Source of the DNA: Octopus vulgaris
Taxonomy: Eukaryota
Reading direction: 5' to 3'
Assembly (NCBI GenBank): GCA_951406725.2
Contig: OX597816.1
Span: 115,258,001 to 115,322,000, forward strand
Length of the DNA stretch: 64,000 nucleotides
Under the pieces are notes generated by a model. It searched no databases. It saw only the letters and a program-made list of their open reading frames with translations, and was not told where the DNA came from. A program made the position numbers and the translations under genes. This document shows positions 1 through 13,914 of this stretch, one piece after another (the first letter of the stretch is position 1; every line of letters begins with the position of its first letter).

Positions 1-364
1 CTGCTTAAATAATAAACATCAGTTGCCATTGATTAAGTGATTGTCCAGTTATTGAAGGTCTTATTACCATTTCTTTTTTACATTTTGAATTAAGAATAGT
101 TAGTTCTAATTCTGATTTGAAGCCTTAGTTTAAGGGGCCAAAGCAACTCGATTTTGGACAATCATCTAAAATGTTGATTATGGTTCATATCTCATAAATA
201 TTTTGCTGTACTTGATCCCTGAATAAAGCGATGATTTCTCAGTAGATCACTCAAGCAAATTATAAGTAGATGCTATAGGAAAGTATGTCGTTCAGTTATA
301 GGGAACATTTTGAAATCACTAAATACTTTCTCAGATTTGAAATTTTGAATAAAAATTTGTCATA

Positions 365-519
365 GACGTAGGAGTGGCTGTGTGGTAAGTAACTTGCTTA
401 CAAACCACATGGTTCCGTGTTCAGTGGCACCATGGGCAAGTGTCTTCTACTATAGCCTCGGACCGACCAAAACCTTGTGAGTGGATTTGGTAGATGGAAA
501 CTGAAAAAAGACCATCGTA

Positions 520-574
<55 letters not shown>

Positions 575-790
575 ATATGTTTGTGTGTCTGTGTTTGTCC
601 CTCCACCATCGCTTGACAACTGATGCTGGTGTGCTTACGTCCCCATAACTTAGTGGTTCAGCAAAAGAGACTTATAGAGTAAGTACTAGGCTTATAAAGT
701 ATAAGTCCTGGGGTCGATTTGCTCGACTGAAGGTAGTGCTCCAGCATGGCCACAGTCATATGACTGAAACAAGTGAAAGAGTAAAGAGTA
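365..790 (+). mobile_element. tRNA-derived CORE-like SINE (family 1) with internal (TA)n(TG)n microsatellite
   Basis: Pol III A-box-like TGGCTGTGTGGT and B-box-like GGTTCC, CORE-like CCATGGGCAAGTGTCTT, then TA/TG tract, then a 3' half ending GACTGAAACAAGT(A)AAAGAG; about 15 copies or fragments in the window. Confidence 0.85.
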
Positions 791-1289
791 ATAGAAATAA
801 AACTTAGAGAAGTGTTAGATTTCTTTTGCTTTTCTTGTTTTACTTATTTACTGTTATGACACAGTTTCAGTTGTACCTCCAAATTCTTCTTGTATTTGGG
901 GACTTAAATATTCTACATTGAAGCTTCTTTCAAATTTAATTTATCATAAAATCTAGCACCAAGAAAATACCCAAGCGTTTTCCTTAATTTCCTTCAAATC
1001 AATTGCCCTCACTTGTTCTAAACAAATGCAAATCAACAAACCAACAAGGAAATCTCTACTTGGTCAGACAATCCTTTAAAAATATCTTTCGTATCACATT
1101 TAATGTCTTTTATATCACACACAAATATCTTTAAAAGGACTCATTAGATAATGTTGTCCTAGATACCTAGATATACAATTATTATGGGATAATCACAGCT
1201 GGAATGCCTTTAATCATAGTTTTGCTCAATTAAAGAAGACCAGGGGCTAAACAACAACTGCAAGAACAGCAATATAAAATAATATATAT

Positions 1290-1293
1290 CATT

Positions 1294-1331
<38 letters not shown>

Positions 1332-1605
1332 TTAATGTCCGTTTTCCACGCTGGCATGGGCTGGATGATTTGAGTGGAGATGGCTGACCAGAGAACTTGC
1401 CAGACTCCAATTGTCTGTTTTGGCATGGTTTCTATGGCTGGATGCCCTTCCTTTACAGAGTGTGCTGGATGCTTTTTTATGTGCTACCAGCACAGGTGCA
1501 TTTACACAGCACCAGCACAAGTGCATTTTACATGGCACCGGCATCTACAAAGGGTACATTTGTATGTATGGGTACAGACGACCATGATTTTACTTAGCTT
1601 GACTG
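1290..1605 (-). mobile_element. RTE LINE 3' tail fragment with (GAT)n tail
   Basis: (CAT)n followed by TTTAATGTCCGTTTTCCA...GCTGGATGCCCTTCCT, the reverse complement of the 3'UTR of the RTE copy at 43336-44075. Confidence 0.7.
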
Positions 1606-3564
1606 TAAATATATATATATAGGAGCAACACTAATTCCAATAATAGGTTTACTCTATCAAATCCAACTAAGTGCACCTTGTCCATCCAGTTAGATGTTGC
1701 ATCTTCAAAACTACGAATCGATCAGATGGCAAATGGATACATAAAAATAGCAGTTAAAATAAGTTATATTATCATGTGCATCAGTAGAGAGGTCATTTGC
1801 TATGAGTGAGAATATGTGAATTGAGAATGAAAATAAGTGATAGTAAGGTGAGAATGAATTACATGAAAATAAAGCTGTTTTGTGTAATGGCAGTTACAAG
1901 GGCAATTATTCTTTTTGTTGCCATTAATGTAGAATCTGTGGAGTTGTTGTTATTATTCTTGTAATTTTTATATTTAAATTCACAAATGAATGAATAAATA
2001 ATGACACTAAATTACTGACAATATTTGAAGAATATAGATTGAAAATAATGCTAAATGAAAGGATTGTGTAAAAATGACAGTCTCAAATGATTTTGAAGAA
2101 ATACAAAAAGAAAGCTTTGTTTTTCTGATGGACTTTGCTTCACATAAAGAATGCTGGAAGGAAAAAGCTTGCATCATCCAAGTTTTGTAAAAGAATAGCC
2201 ACATTAAATTTAAAAATCAAAAGAAATGAAAATAAAATACAAGAAAAATGAAATGAAACCATGATAATAGTAGTAACAGGATGGAAGAATGGGAAGCTAT
2301 ATCCAGTTCACATTCATTAGTAAAGAAAGATATTTCTTCATAAAGCAAAACCATTTCAAAGAAATTCATCTTAAGCAACCCCATTTGCAACAATTAGCTA
2401 AAGAAATATGATCCTGTGAAAGAGAATTCATAGAAATCATTACAATACATGAAAGATTTAGCCTATTTAAAGATAAGAAACTTGTCTAAGATTCCTAATA
2501 ATCATTTTAATGCTTTTAGAGTTTAGTTGCTTCTTATTTTCCCTAATATTCCATTGGGAATACTTAACAGATTTTTTTCTCTCTCTCTTAAACAAAAATT
2601 TGAAATCAAAAGCAGAATAGTATTGTTTTTGTTAAGAAAAATCATTGATATTTTTCTTTGTTGGTTTGTCAGAAAGATTATATATTTCCATTTAAAATAA
2701 TTCCTGAAAATTTTACAGACATTGTGAAAAAATTAAAATAAAAAATTGTTGATGCTTGCAGTTCATATAATACACAAGCCATTATTTTATCTCATTTCAA
2801 TAGTGAGGTTATAAGAATTGAATACAAATCTTCTATAAATATTTAATTAATAAATTTGAAAAAAATGCAAGTATCTAATTAAAAATAATTAACATTTTAG
2901 TCATTTATTTAATTTGTTTAAATAGCTTGAGATTATTTTTGGATAGTATGACAGAGATGAGAATCTTCATGTCAATAGTTCTTGCATTTTCTAGGAATAA
3001 TCATAGACATTTGGCTATATCTATATAAAAAAATCCAAAACATTCGTTTCACACTTAAGAGAGTTAAACATAAAATAGTATTTGTTTCTTCTGTTTTTGT
3101 TTTTTTACTTATCTTTTCATCAATAATGTTATGCATTAATGGGTGGCGATAAGCACTATTAACTTTTGAGTGGGAAAAATGAAAACTGGGACACTCTGTG
3201 CATATCCCATGTGTATCAACAATGTCAGTGAATCAAAACACCATTACAAATTTAGCTCAAGAGGAATTTTGATATTCTCTAGGAAGGTTATAGGCCCTCA
3301 CATACTGAAAGACACAATACTAAGCATTATTACACAATGAACAAAATATCTATAAAAGAAAACGCTTTCATTTAACCATAAAGATTGAACATGACTGATA
3401 AAACTGTCTCTCTGTATATTTTTGTTCATAACCAACACTATATTGGTAGTGCAGTAATTAATATTGCTGTGCTAACATAGTAACATTATATAGATAATTT
3501 GTATCTGACACAAAAGTGGTTCTTTGCTGCTAACATTTGACATACTGGTTTGATAGAGATGAGT

Positions 3565-3609
3565 GAATCCTGATGAGCAATATGGTGGTGAAACTAATCA
3601 GTTGAATTC
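3565..3609 (+). ncRNA. degenerate minimal type I hammerhead-ribozyme-like motif
   Basis: GAATC-CTGATGA-GC..GT-GAAA-CTAATCAG-TT-GAATTC; both core boxes present, stems imperfect; followed by AATAAA and a TA run. Confidence 0.4.
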
Positions 3610-3949
3610 TTTGTACAAGGGGTTTTTTTAAAAAATAAAACAAACTTCTTATGGTCTAGAAATGGGTCTTAATTTCATACTGTAACCTAATACACTTTAC
3701 ATTGGACTATATATAATGCTGACATCATAGAACTTATAAACTGTTGTGAGAATGTAAGATAATTCTTTCTGGAAATGGTTCTCAAAGTGCATAAAGTTAT
3801 ATATATATAATAGCATGTAAATATTGGGCTGAGAAACACTATGGATAGAAAACCTTGAAGGCTGCCTTTGACATTTTTACATGCTATTATTTATAGCTTT
3901 ATGTGCTTCAAAATCCACAATCCTTCACCCCCAATCTCTCTATCTGTGT

Positions 3950-3969
3950 ATCTATCAATCTATCTATCC

Positions 3970-4032
<63 letters not shown>

Positions 4033-4049
4033 AATCAATCAATCAATCA

Positions 4050-4084
<35 letters not shown>

Positions 4085-4137
4085 CATCTATCCATCTATC
4101 CATCAATCTATCTATCCATCCATCCATCCATCCATCC

Positions 4138-4209
<72 letters not shown>

Positions 4210-4260
4210 GTCTGTCTGTTTATCTATATATATACATATACATATATACTTGTGTGTGTG
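3950..4260. repeat. (TATC)n/(TCCA)n microsatellite
   Basis: Directly visible; similar tracts at 44510-44665 and 48655-49040. Confidence 0.95.
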
Positions 4261-4344
4261 TATACATAACATGCATGCATAGATCTTTATACATACACAT
4301 GTATATACACACATATATAAATACATGTATATATACATATGTAC

Positions 4345-4750
4345 AGCAAAAGGGACCAATATAATAAGTACCAAACTTTAAAAAAAATAAGTACCAGGGT
4401 TGATTCATTCAACTAAAAATTCTTCAGAGTGGTGCCACAGCATGGCTGCAGTCTAATGCCCGAAACAAGTATACAAGATAAAAGATATATAGACCATGTT
4501 TTCTCAAAGGCTTACTTTATTACAAAGACAGCATAGTCGTTAAATGGTTTCAAACCCATTTTTTGTGTCTCAAAGCATTAAATTGGTTGACTGTGTGTTT
4601 ATGTCTCCATAACTTAGCAGCTTAGCAAAAGAGCCCAATAGAATAAGTACCGGGTTTACAAAGAATAAGTCCTGGGGTTGATTTGTTTAACTAAAGGTGT
4701 TGCCCTAGCATGGCTGCAGTCAAATGACTGAAACAAGTAAAAGAAAGAAT
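4345..4750 (+). mobile_element. two partial 3' halves of SINE family 1
   Basis: ATAAGTACC...CAGCATGGCTGCAGTC...GAAACAAGT blocks at about 4345-4486 and 4590-4750. Confidence 0.7.
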
Positions 4751-5157
4751 ACATATAAGCATGCAAAGCAATCCCCTTCTCTAGTCACATGCTTATTCAA
4801 AAACTTATGCTTTATTTCTTTCATGTACACATACATATGCTTATGCAAACAGTTTAACAACTCCAAGTTTTAACTGCATTGTAATGCACAGAATAACAGT
4901 TGACAAATTTATGCGTATTATATGTAAGATAATTAATAAAATATTTCTAGATTTTTCATTATTCTTATTATCTTTTTCCATATGAAAAATAATTTTATTG
5001 AAATATATATAGATACACACTTACACACACATGCACACATACACATACACGCACACGTATAAATACATACATGCACACATACACGTACATATATATACAC
5101 ACATATATATACATACTTATATACACATATATAAGTATGTATATATATATTATATAG

Positions 5158-5192
<35 letters not shown>

Positions 5193-5639
5193 TATACATG
5201 TATATGTATACATACATACATACATATACATGCATACATATATACATACATACATACATACATACATACATACATACATACATACATACATGCATGCATA
5301 CATACATATATACATATATATACATACATATATATACATACACACACACACATATACATATGTATGTATGTATGTATGTATGTACATATGCATATATGCA
5401 CAAATAAACATAAAGAAAACACAAACAAAAGTAAATTTTTGTAAAGTTTATTTATTTCAATAAATCACATCATTACTCACATTTCTTGATATTACTGGCC
5501 TTTGTAATGTTGTTGTTGTTGCCACTTTAATTAATGTGTTAATTTTGTTGTGGATTTTTTTTATTTTTTTAAACATTGCATTTTTGTTTTTCATATTTTC
5601 ATTCCTTCTTTACTTCTTTCATGTAAGAAATTATCTATA

Positions 5640-5763
5640 TCATCATCATCATCATCATCATCATTATCATCTTCATCATTCTCATCATCATCCCATCATC
5701 CTTGTAATAATCATCATCACCATCATTGTCTTTATCATTGTCATCATCATCATCATCATCATT

Positions 5764-5802
<39 letters not shown>

Positions 5803-5898
5803 AACTACTACAACAACTACTACTACTATTGTTGTTATTGTTATTGTTATTATTATTACTACTACTATTATTGTTATTTTTTGTTATTGCTATTGTTA

Positions 5899-5947
<49 letters not shown>

Positions 5948-5985
5948 CATTATTAGTGTTATTATTATTACTATTATTACTCATG
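5640..5985. repeat. compound (CAT)n(TAC)n(TAT)n microsatellite
   Basis: Directly visible. Confidence 0.95.
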
Positions 5986-6541
5986 TTGTTTTCTATTTTA
6001 TCTTTTTTACATTTTAATTTCTAGCTATTTAAATGTATTTGCATTTGAAATAATCTACGAAAACAGATAGAAACTGGTATTTATAACAAAAATAAAGAAT
6101 ATATAAAAAGAAAAGAATGGCTTTTTTTTTGTTTTGTTTCCATGGGGTCTGCAGGAAATTTAATCAAGGACCTTGCAATATTCACATAACAGAATAAGCA
6201 TAGAATTTATAAAAGCTTTTAAATAGATTTCAATTTTTATCTTTGACAAATTGTAATATTTGACTTTGTTCATCTTGGTTGTTTTTTTTATATTTCATTT
6301 ATATTTTATTTTCTGTAATTTTATTTTATTTTAATTTTCTTCTTCTTTAGTAAGAAGGATTAAGAAGACTGTCATGATGCTATATCGGAAAATAAGTCAA
6401 ACGTATATATCAATGCCTGAGTAGCATAAACAGATGTAAAACTTTTATTATTGTTTATATTGTTATAAATTTATTCTGCATTATTATCATAATCGTTATT
6501 TTTATTAGTTTTATTAATGGTAGTAATTGTTACTATTTTTT

Positions 6542-6935
6542 TATTCTTTTATATGTTTCAATCATTTGACTGTGGCCATGCTGGAGCACCACCTTTTTTG
6601 TCAAAAAATTCTATCCCAGGACTTATTCTTTGTAAGCCTAGTACTTATTCTATCATTTTTTTCTGCTGAACCGCTAAGTTACAGAGATGTTAACACACCA
6701 ACATCGGTTGTCAAGTGATGATGTGGGACTCAAACACAGACACAGAAACATACACACACGCACATAAATATATGTATATATTTATACAACGGACTTCTTT
6801 CAGTTTCTGTCTACCAAATCCACTCACAAGGCTTTGGTCGGCCCGAGGCTATAGTAGAAGACACTTGTCCAAGGTGCCACACAGTGGGACTCAACCCGGA
6901 ACCATGTGGTTGGTAAGCAAGCTACTTACCACACA
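6542..6935 (-). mobile_element. SINE family 1 copy
   Basis: Reverse complement matches 365-790. Confidence 0.85.
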
Positions 6936-6939
6936 GAAA

Positions 6940-7125
6940 TTTGGTAGTAGGGGACTAGTCAATTACATTGACCCCAGTGTTTCACTGGGAATTAATTTAT
7001 TGATCCCAAAAGGATGAACGACAAAGTTGACCTTCGTGGAATTTAGAACTCAGAACATAGTGACAAGCAAAATACTGCAAAGCATTTCATCCAGTGTTTT
7101 AATGATTCTACCAGCTTGCTGCCTA

Positions 7126-7190
<65 letters not shown>

Positions 7191-7420
7191 TAATGCTAGT
7201 AATGATAATAGTGGTTTCAAATTTTGGCACAATGTCAACAGTTTTGGTGTTGGGGTAAATCAATTACATCAACTCCCAGTACTTAACCGGTACTTATTTT
7301 ACAAAAAGATGAAAGGAACAGTTGAATTCAGCAGGGTTTGAACTCAGAATGTAAAGACAGAAGAAATACTGTAAAGCATTTTGCCTGGCATGCTAACATT
7401 TCTGCCAGCTCAATGCTCTA
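6940..7420 (-). mobile_element. two head-to-tail Nin/Deu-domain-like SINEs (family 2) joined by (AAT)n
   Basis: Each copy matches the reverse complement of GAGTTCAAATTCC...GACTTTGCCTTTCATCC...AAGTACC; (AAT)n at 7126-7190. Confidence 0.7.
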
Positions 7421-8299
7421 ATGATAATGATTATGAAGATGACGCCAACGACGATGATGATGATGATGGGGATGATGATGATGGGGATGATGATGGTGAG
7501 GAGGAGGGTGATGAAGAAGAAGAAGTATCAAAATTAAAAGCAAAAACAAAAATTGAAGTAGTCTTTTTATTATTTTTTATTTTTTTTAATTGTTGTGAAT
7601 GAACAAATATTTTAGTTGATTAATTAAAAATGATAGATTTAATTTTATACATTGTAACATGATTATATCAATAAGGTTTCCTAGTTTATACAATTTATAT
7701 TCATTTAATATTCCTATATGGATGTATTTGTGTAGACATGGGTGTGCAGTTAAGAAGTTTACTTCTTAGCTGTGTAGTTTTAGGTTCAGTCTCACTTCAT
7801 GGATTATTTTTTTTTATTGTTTGGCAACTGCCCCAGGCTGACCACTGTTTTATGAGTGAATTTGGTGGAAGAAAACTGTATTAAGCCTGTTGGTCAAGTT
7901 CCTTTCAAGTGTTGGGCCTCACAGGGGCAAATTGTCCAAGTTCCTTTTGAGCATTGAGCCTTAGTAACTGACAATATGGGCATCTCTGATCATGAGCAGA
8001 AGTAGCAGAAGTAGAGGAATTCTTTGGGGTTCAAACAAGTCACCTCTGGAAACATGGGTGTTTCGTACATCATCCTTAAACAAACCTTATTCAGGGACCT
8101 TTTGAGTGGGATGGGCTACTGAACCTGAGAAAATTCTAACTGGGCTCCACCTACAAGGTTATGCACTATTAATCTTCATATGAGATCACCATATGCATCC
8201 ATCTGGTATTCCCTTATGTGTGTATTGGGCTTTGTATATTTGTGCCCAAGTGTCCCTTTGATGGCATGCACTGCTCTCTCACTCAATAATAATAATGCT

Positions 8300-9019
8300 T
8301 TTTGATCAATGTATGAGTTCAAACAGGTGAGAAAGGAACTCTCAAAATACTAAGATCTGGAAATAGAGGTAGTCTGAATATGGAACCTGAAAACAGAAAT
8401 AATCCCCTTTATACTATGTTCATTAGGTACAGCTGAAAAACATACAGACAAATATATAGCCAAAACACCAGGACTTACAAATATATGTATAACATAGAGG
8501 AAATATCACTGCCAGGTACTGCACACAGCCTATGTAGAGTATTTTCAATAAAATAAAAATAATAAAAACTAAAGCAGCATGTACCCAAGGCACTCAGAGC
8601 TGTACTCAGCATTAAAAGTAAATGATAAAAATAAGAATACTGAATAATGGTAATAATAATTGAGAAAATGTGGTATCTTACAATCTAAACAATATCAGTG
8701 ATAATCAGTGTACTTGGAAATATAAAAAAAGGATCATGAAAGTATTTGCATGAAAATCCTGGAATGCCATCCTTGCAGAAGGTGCAGAAAACAATGCTGA
8801 CTGGTATTGTACATGTCTCGAGAAGACCATCATGAATTTAAATACTGTGTAAAGGCATTTACTGTCTTGTTTATGTTCTTATGGTGACAGGTGTACTCTA
8901 ATTAATTGTTAAATGTATGTATTACCAAATTACACCTCAAGTATCAGAGCAACACTCAACAAGAAATGAATGAGAGGCAGAATGCAAAGGGTCTATACCA
9001 ATAATAATAATAATAATGG

Positions 9020-9109
<90 letters not shown>

Positions 9110-9470
9110 TAACAACAATTATGATAATAATTGATGTTGTATGCCCTTTTGACACACAAATAGTTAAGAAGGATGGCAAAAATCTAGACATACACTCCTC
9201 TTAAATATGAGAAAATGACGAAGGTGAAGATAGTGCCAATTGTTGGGCCCTTGGGGACAGTATCAGAAGGCAACAAGAGGAATATAAAGGAAATTGGATT
9301 AGAGTGTATAGTAGGACTCTTACAAAAAGTTTGCTTTCTCGGCATTGCCAGAATCACCAAAAAAGTATTAGATAGTTGAAAAGAAGAAATAGCATGATAC
9401 TGTAGTCTGCATGTAGCAGGCTCACTACACAGGCAAGACTCCAGGAGTTCTAACAGAACCTGAGTTAAAA
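8300..9470 (+). mobile_element. three stacked degenerate 3' ends of R4/Dong-type RLE non-LTR retrotransposons
   Basis: Translations ELSKY*DLEIEVV*IWNLKTEIIP..LG (about 8336), EKMWYL..VLGNIKKG..PGMPSLQKVQKTMLTG (8662) and IDVVCPFD..IVPIVGPLG..LQKVCFLG (9130) match the C-terminus of the 53222 ORF; separated by TAA runs. Confidence 0.75.
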
Positions 9471-9538
9471 TAATAATGATGATGATGACGATGATGACAA
9501 TGACAGCGGCGATGATGACGACAACAACGATGGTGATA

Positions 9539-9573
<35 letters not shown>

Positions 9574-9679
9574 AATAAAAATATAATGTTTCTGATTTAG
9601 GCACAAGTCCAGCAACTTTGAAGGAAGGAGTTTAATCAATACCATCGACTCAAGTATTTAGCTAGTACTTTATTATATT

Positions 9680-9985
9680 GGAGGCACAATGGCCCAGTGG
9701 TTAGGGCAGTGAACTCAAGGTCGGAGGATTGAGGTTACGATTCCCAGACCAGATGTTGTGTGTGTTTATTGAATGAAAACACCTAAAAGCTCCATGAGGC
9801 TCCGGCAGGGGGTGGTGGCGACCCCTGTTGTACTCTTTCACCACAAATTTCTCTCACTCTCTCTTCCTTTTTATTGAGTAATGCTGCGATGGACTGGTGT
9901 TCCATCCAGCTGGGGGGGACACATATGCCACAGAAACCAGGAAACCGGGCCCATGCACCTGGCTAGGCTTGAAAATGGTGACGTT
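9680..9985 (+). mobile_element. tRNA-derived V-domain-like SINE (family 3, head A plus tail 1)
   Basis: TGGCCCAGTGGTTAG A-box, GGTTACGATTCC B-box-like, CTGCGATGGACTGGTGTTCCATCCAG central block; similar to 35380-35645 and 35107-35347. Confidence 0.75.
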
Positions 9986-10194
9986 TATTGTTATTATACT
10001 GAGTGGGATTTGAACTTGGAATGTAAAGAATCAAAGCAAATAGTACAAAGCATTCTTTCCAGAATTCTAACAATTCTGCCAATATCTTACCCCAGGACAA
10101 ATGTCTCTTATTTAGGTAGAAGATCATCAATTTTGAAGAGAGGGTGTATGTCAGTACCATTGACATTTGTCACTTCACTGACATTCTGTTTTAT

Positions 10195-10410
10195 TTGAGC
10201 TGACAGAAATGTTAGCACACTGGGCGAAATGCTTAGTTGCATTTCAACTGTCCTTACTTTCTGAGTTCAAATTCCACCATGGCTGACTTTGCCTTTCATC
10301 CTTTTGGGGTCGATAAAATAAGTAAGAGTCAAACATTGGGGTTGATTTAATTAACTTATCCCCTCTTCCAAAATTTCAGGCCTTGTATCCATAAGTAGAA
10401 AGGATTAATC
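10195..10410 (+). mobile_element. SINE family 2 copy
   Basis: GAGCTGACAGAAATGTTAG...GAGTTCAAATTCC...GACTTTGCCTTTCATCCTTTTGGGGTCGATAAAATAAGTA...GTAGAAAGGATT. Confidence 0.8.
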
Positions 10411-10581
10411 TTAAAAGGGTGAAAGCCAAAGTAGACCCTAGCAGGATTTGAACCCAGAAAATTTGAACCAGAAGATATACCACAAGACATTTTCCCAATG
10501 CTTAGTGGTGTAGCTTCAGTTTTGGCCTCCCAACCATGTGGTTGGCAAACAAGCATCTTACCACACAGTCACACCTACGCC

Positions 10582-10612
<31 letters not shown>

Positions 10613-10677
10613 TGTATGTTATATATATGTGTATATATGTATATGTGTGAATATATATATATATATATATAAATATA

Positions 10678-11946
10678 TCAGGTCATCCCATAAGTTCTGT
10701 CCAAATTTTGAATAAAGCAAACAAGTGATCAAATGTTATATTCAATTGAAATTTAATCATCAATGTACTTTCCCTGATTATCTATGACTTCCTTCCATCT
10801 ATTTACAAGCTTTTTAATCCCACCATTGGTTTCAAAGCAAAGAACTCTGAAATGTCAGTTTCGACCTCCTTCTGGCTTGCGAAAGTTATGTCCCCCCAAA
10901 TAATTCTGTAAACTATGAAATAAATGGTAGTCTGAAGGGGCAAGGTTGGGAGAATAAGGTGGATGAGGAATTTTTTCCCAACTAAGATCTTCAATCTTCT
11001 GTGATGTGATCTTTGCAGTGTGGGGTCATGCATTGTCCTGATGAATTATCACTCCTTTCCGATTCACTAAAACGGGTCTTTTTTCTTCAAAGCTTGGTTC
11101 AAATGCTCTAATTGCTGACAGCAGACTTGAGCATTGATTGTTGCATTAGGAGGTAACAATTCAAAGTGAATTACTCCTTTGCAATCCCACCAGATAGAGA
11201 GAAAATCCTTTTTCCCATGAAGTTCCCTCCTCAGTTGCGGTTTTCTCTTTTACCAAGTCACTGTTTACGACATTTAACATTTCAATAGAAGATCCATTTT
11301 TCGTCACCAACCACAAGTCTATCCAAACAGGGTGAACTGAGTTCACAAGAATGGAGAGAAGAGCAGATGTCAACTTGGGATTTGCAATTTCTTTTGGACA
11401 ATTCATGTGGCACCCATTTTCCAAGTTTAGGAAACTTTCCAAGTTGTTGAAGATGGCAATGAACAGTTGTATAGTTTGAAATAAGCTTTATTGCCAATTC
11501 TTCAACTGATAATGCAGGATTTTCTTCAAGTAATGCCTCAAGGAGCTTATCATCAAATTCAACTGGACGTCCGGTTCGATCTTCATCTTCAAGGCTGAAA
11601 TCTCCACTTCTGAATTATGCAAACCTTTTTCTGCAAGTTCTTTCATTCAAGCATTCTTTCCCATAAACTGAGTGTATGTTTTGAGTCGCTTCGGCTGCAG
11701 AGTTTCCTTTTTTGTACTCGTAAAGCATTATGTGCCTCAAATGCTCTTTGGAATCTTCCATGTTAGAAAGGGTTTTTGATCAAAGAAATTTTAAATCTAT
11801 TATTCTGCAAAATAATATTTAATTAGTTTAAATGTACACAAATGCATAAAAATAATTTTTTATTCCATTAGACATTCTAAAATACTATTAAATTTCATTC
11901 AATTTTAAAAAAGGTAAAATTGGACAGAACTTATGGGATGACCTGA
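10678..11946 (-). mobile_element. full-length mariner (DD34D) DNA transposon, 1269 bp
   Basis: TIRs TCAGGTCATCCCATAAGTTCTGTCCAA and TTGGACAGAACTTATGGGATGACCTGA, flanked by TA on both sides within (TA)n. Confidence 0.95.
10753..11761 (-). pseudogene. mariner transposase pseudogene (several stops and frameshifts)
   Basis: MEDSKEHLRHIMLYEYKKG..., WVPHEL, GDEKWIFY, QDNA*PH-(34)-HPPYSPNLAPSDYHLF, C-terminus RWKEVIDNQGKYIDD*. Confidence 0.92.
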
Positions 11947-11958
11947 TATATAAATATA

Positions 11959-12000
<42 letters not shown>

Positions 12001-12003
<3 letters not shown>

Positions 12004-12180
12004 GAAATTTATAGAAAAGAAAAAGACAAAAACAGGTGTATAAGCAACAAGAAAGTGTATTAGTTTGAAGCTTCGGGAAAATGAAAAAGTCTTTTACGTT
12101 TCAAGCCTTACACTCTTCAACAGAAAGGAATAGAGAAGATAAACAGATAAAAAACTGATAGGTTTCAGCAGTCCAGACAC
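12001..12180 (-). mobile_element. Penelope-like terminal (pLTR-type) fragment with minimal hammerhead-like motif at 12090-12128
   Basis: Minus strand CTTT-CTGTTGA-A-GAGT-GTAAG-GCTT-GAAA-CG-TA-AAAG; homologous to 32985-33330; abuts (TA)n. Confidence 0.6.
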
Positions 12181-12188
12181 ATATATAC

Positions 12189-12219
<31 letters not shown>

Positions 12220-13554
12220 TGTATGTATGTATGAATGTAAGAATAGATAGATAGACAGACAGACAGATTAAAGAGTGTCAACAAGCACAGTAACTGTTAT
12301 AATCATATTGATATTAATAATTATGTTATTAGTGATAATAATATAAATGAAAATAGTTATTTATGAGTATTTTGTGAGCATGTGCATGTATTGGTGTAAG
12401 TCCATGAGCTTGAGTGTAATATGTGTATGGGTATGTAATATGTGTATAGCGATGAGTGCATATGCATATACACGAATATCTGTGATTTAGTGTAGTCACC
12501 AACACCTAACCTACCTCCTCATTTATTACTCTTCCACTTCACATATGCATTATTTCATCTCATTATATCTCCTTATAACAAACGCAAGATTATGACATCT
12601 AGTAAATTAAATAAAATAATACAAAGTATTATTCTTCTACCTTATCTTATGTAAAATATATTTCCTTTTATTTCCTTTCAGCACCAAGAATTAAATAGAT
12701 TTTTAGAAATAACATTCATCAGAGAGAAAATTATATTTATTTGAATTTTTGCAATCTTCATTTTCATCCATTTCCTCAAAGAACAATTAATTACATACAG
12801 AGATAGAAACTAAATTTATGTTGATGATTAAAACAAAAGAAAAAAAATAAATAATAAAATAATAAGGCAAAGGAAACTGAAATAAAAGAAAGAAATAAGA
12901 GAAAGAAAATATTTACTGTAAATTTTGACGAATTTGTTTTGACTATTAAAACTGTTTGTCTTAATTGTACTCTAATATAGTACTTGAGAAGTTATTAATT
13001 TCATTTCTAGCATTGATGTATTTTCATAAAATCTATATAACATGGAATCACAATGACTTTCTATGGATAATATATAAGTTAGAAGCAGCAATCTCTAAAA
13101 CACTTATTAGAATTTAACAAAGAATGAGTTTAATTAATAACTCTCCATTTCCTTTGAAAAATAATTTTTTAATCATAGCCTCGAATTCTAAGACCAATAA
13201 AGAAGAAGAAGCAGTAGGGTTATTCATGCCTCTCCATTGGTTTTTAGCTTTAACAATTATCTCTGCATTAAAAAATTATCAGAACTCAAGATGATACTCA
13301 AACACAATTAAAGTTCATAGTTAACATTTGGTTAATTTAATATTTGAAATTCCAAGTATTATGTAGGTGGAGACATAGTTGTATGGCTAAGAAGTATGCT
13401 TTGCAATCACATGGTTTCAGGTTCAGTCTCACCATGTGCTACCTTGGGCGAATGTCTTCTGCTATAGCTTCAGGCTGACCAAAGCCTTGAGAGTAAATTT
13501 GGCAGACAGAAACTAAAAGAAAAGTTGTTTTTTTTGTGTGTATGTGTGTGTATG

Positions 13555-13585
<31 letters not shown>

Positions 13586-13914
13586 ATGAGTATCTGCATG
13601 TGTGTGTATGCATGTGGGTTGAATGTGTATGAGCATGCATGTGTGTGTCTCTTTGCCTTTATTTTGACATCATGTGTTAACTGTAAACAGAAGTCACTGT
13701 CATATAAATTGTACAGCATAAGTAAGATGAGGTTTTCCCCTAGTCCTTATTTATAGAATCTTGCAAATACGCAGTACAATTTATATGATTGTAACTTCTG
13801 TTTACAATTAACACCTACAGAAAGAGCATTTGGTTGTAAAAAAAACTGCCTCAACAAATTTTGTCTGATCCATGCAAGCATGGCGACAAAGATAATTGTG
13901 ATTAATCAATCTGA

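Noticed and set aside
1060-1260. Recurrent segment ATT(A/G)GA(T/C)AATGT...CATGG(T/C)TGG..TG (also about 16255, 19565, and 24790 minus)
   Set aside because: Probably another old interspersed repeat tail, but too degenerate to classify or delimit
6330-6424. Strong plus-strand acceptor-like site (TTCTTCTTTAG) with a short open frame; a similar one at 38160
   Set aside because: The frames close within 12-25 codons, there is no recognisable peptide or partner exon, and such sites are common in T-rich DNA
7381-7602. Acidic D/E-rich 73 aa ORF
   Set aside because: It is a SINE head read into a (GAT)n/(GAG)n microsatellite
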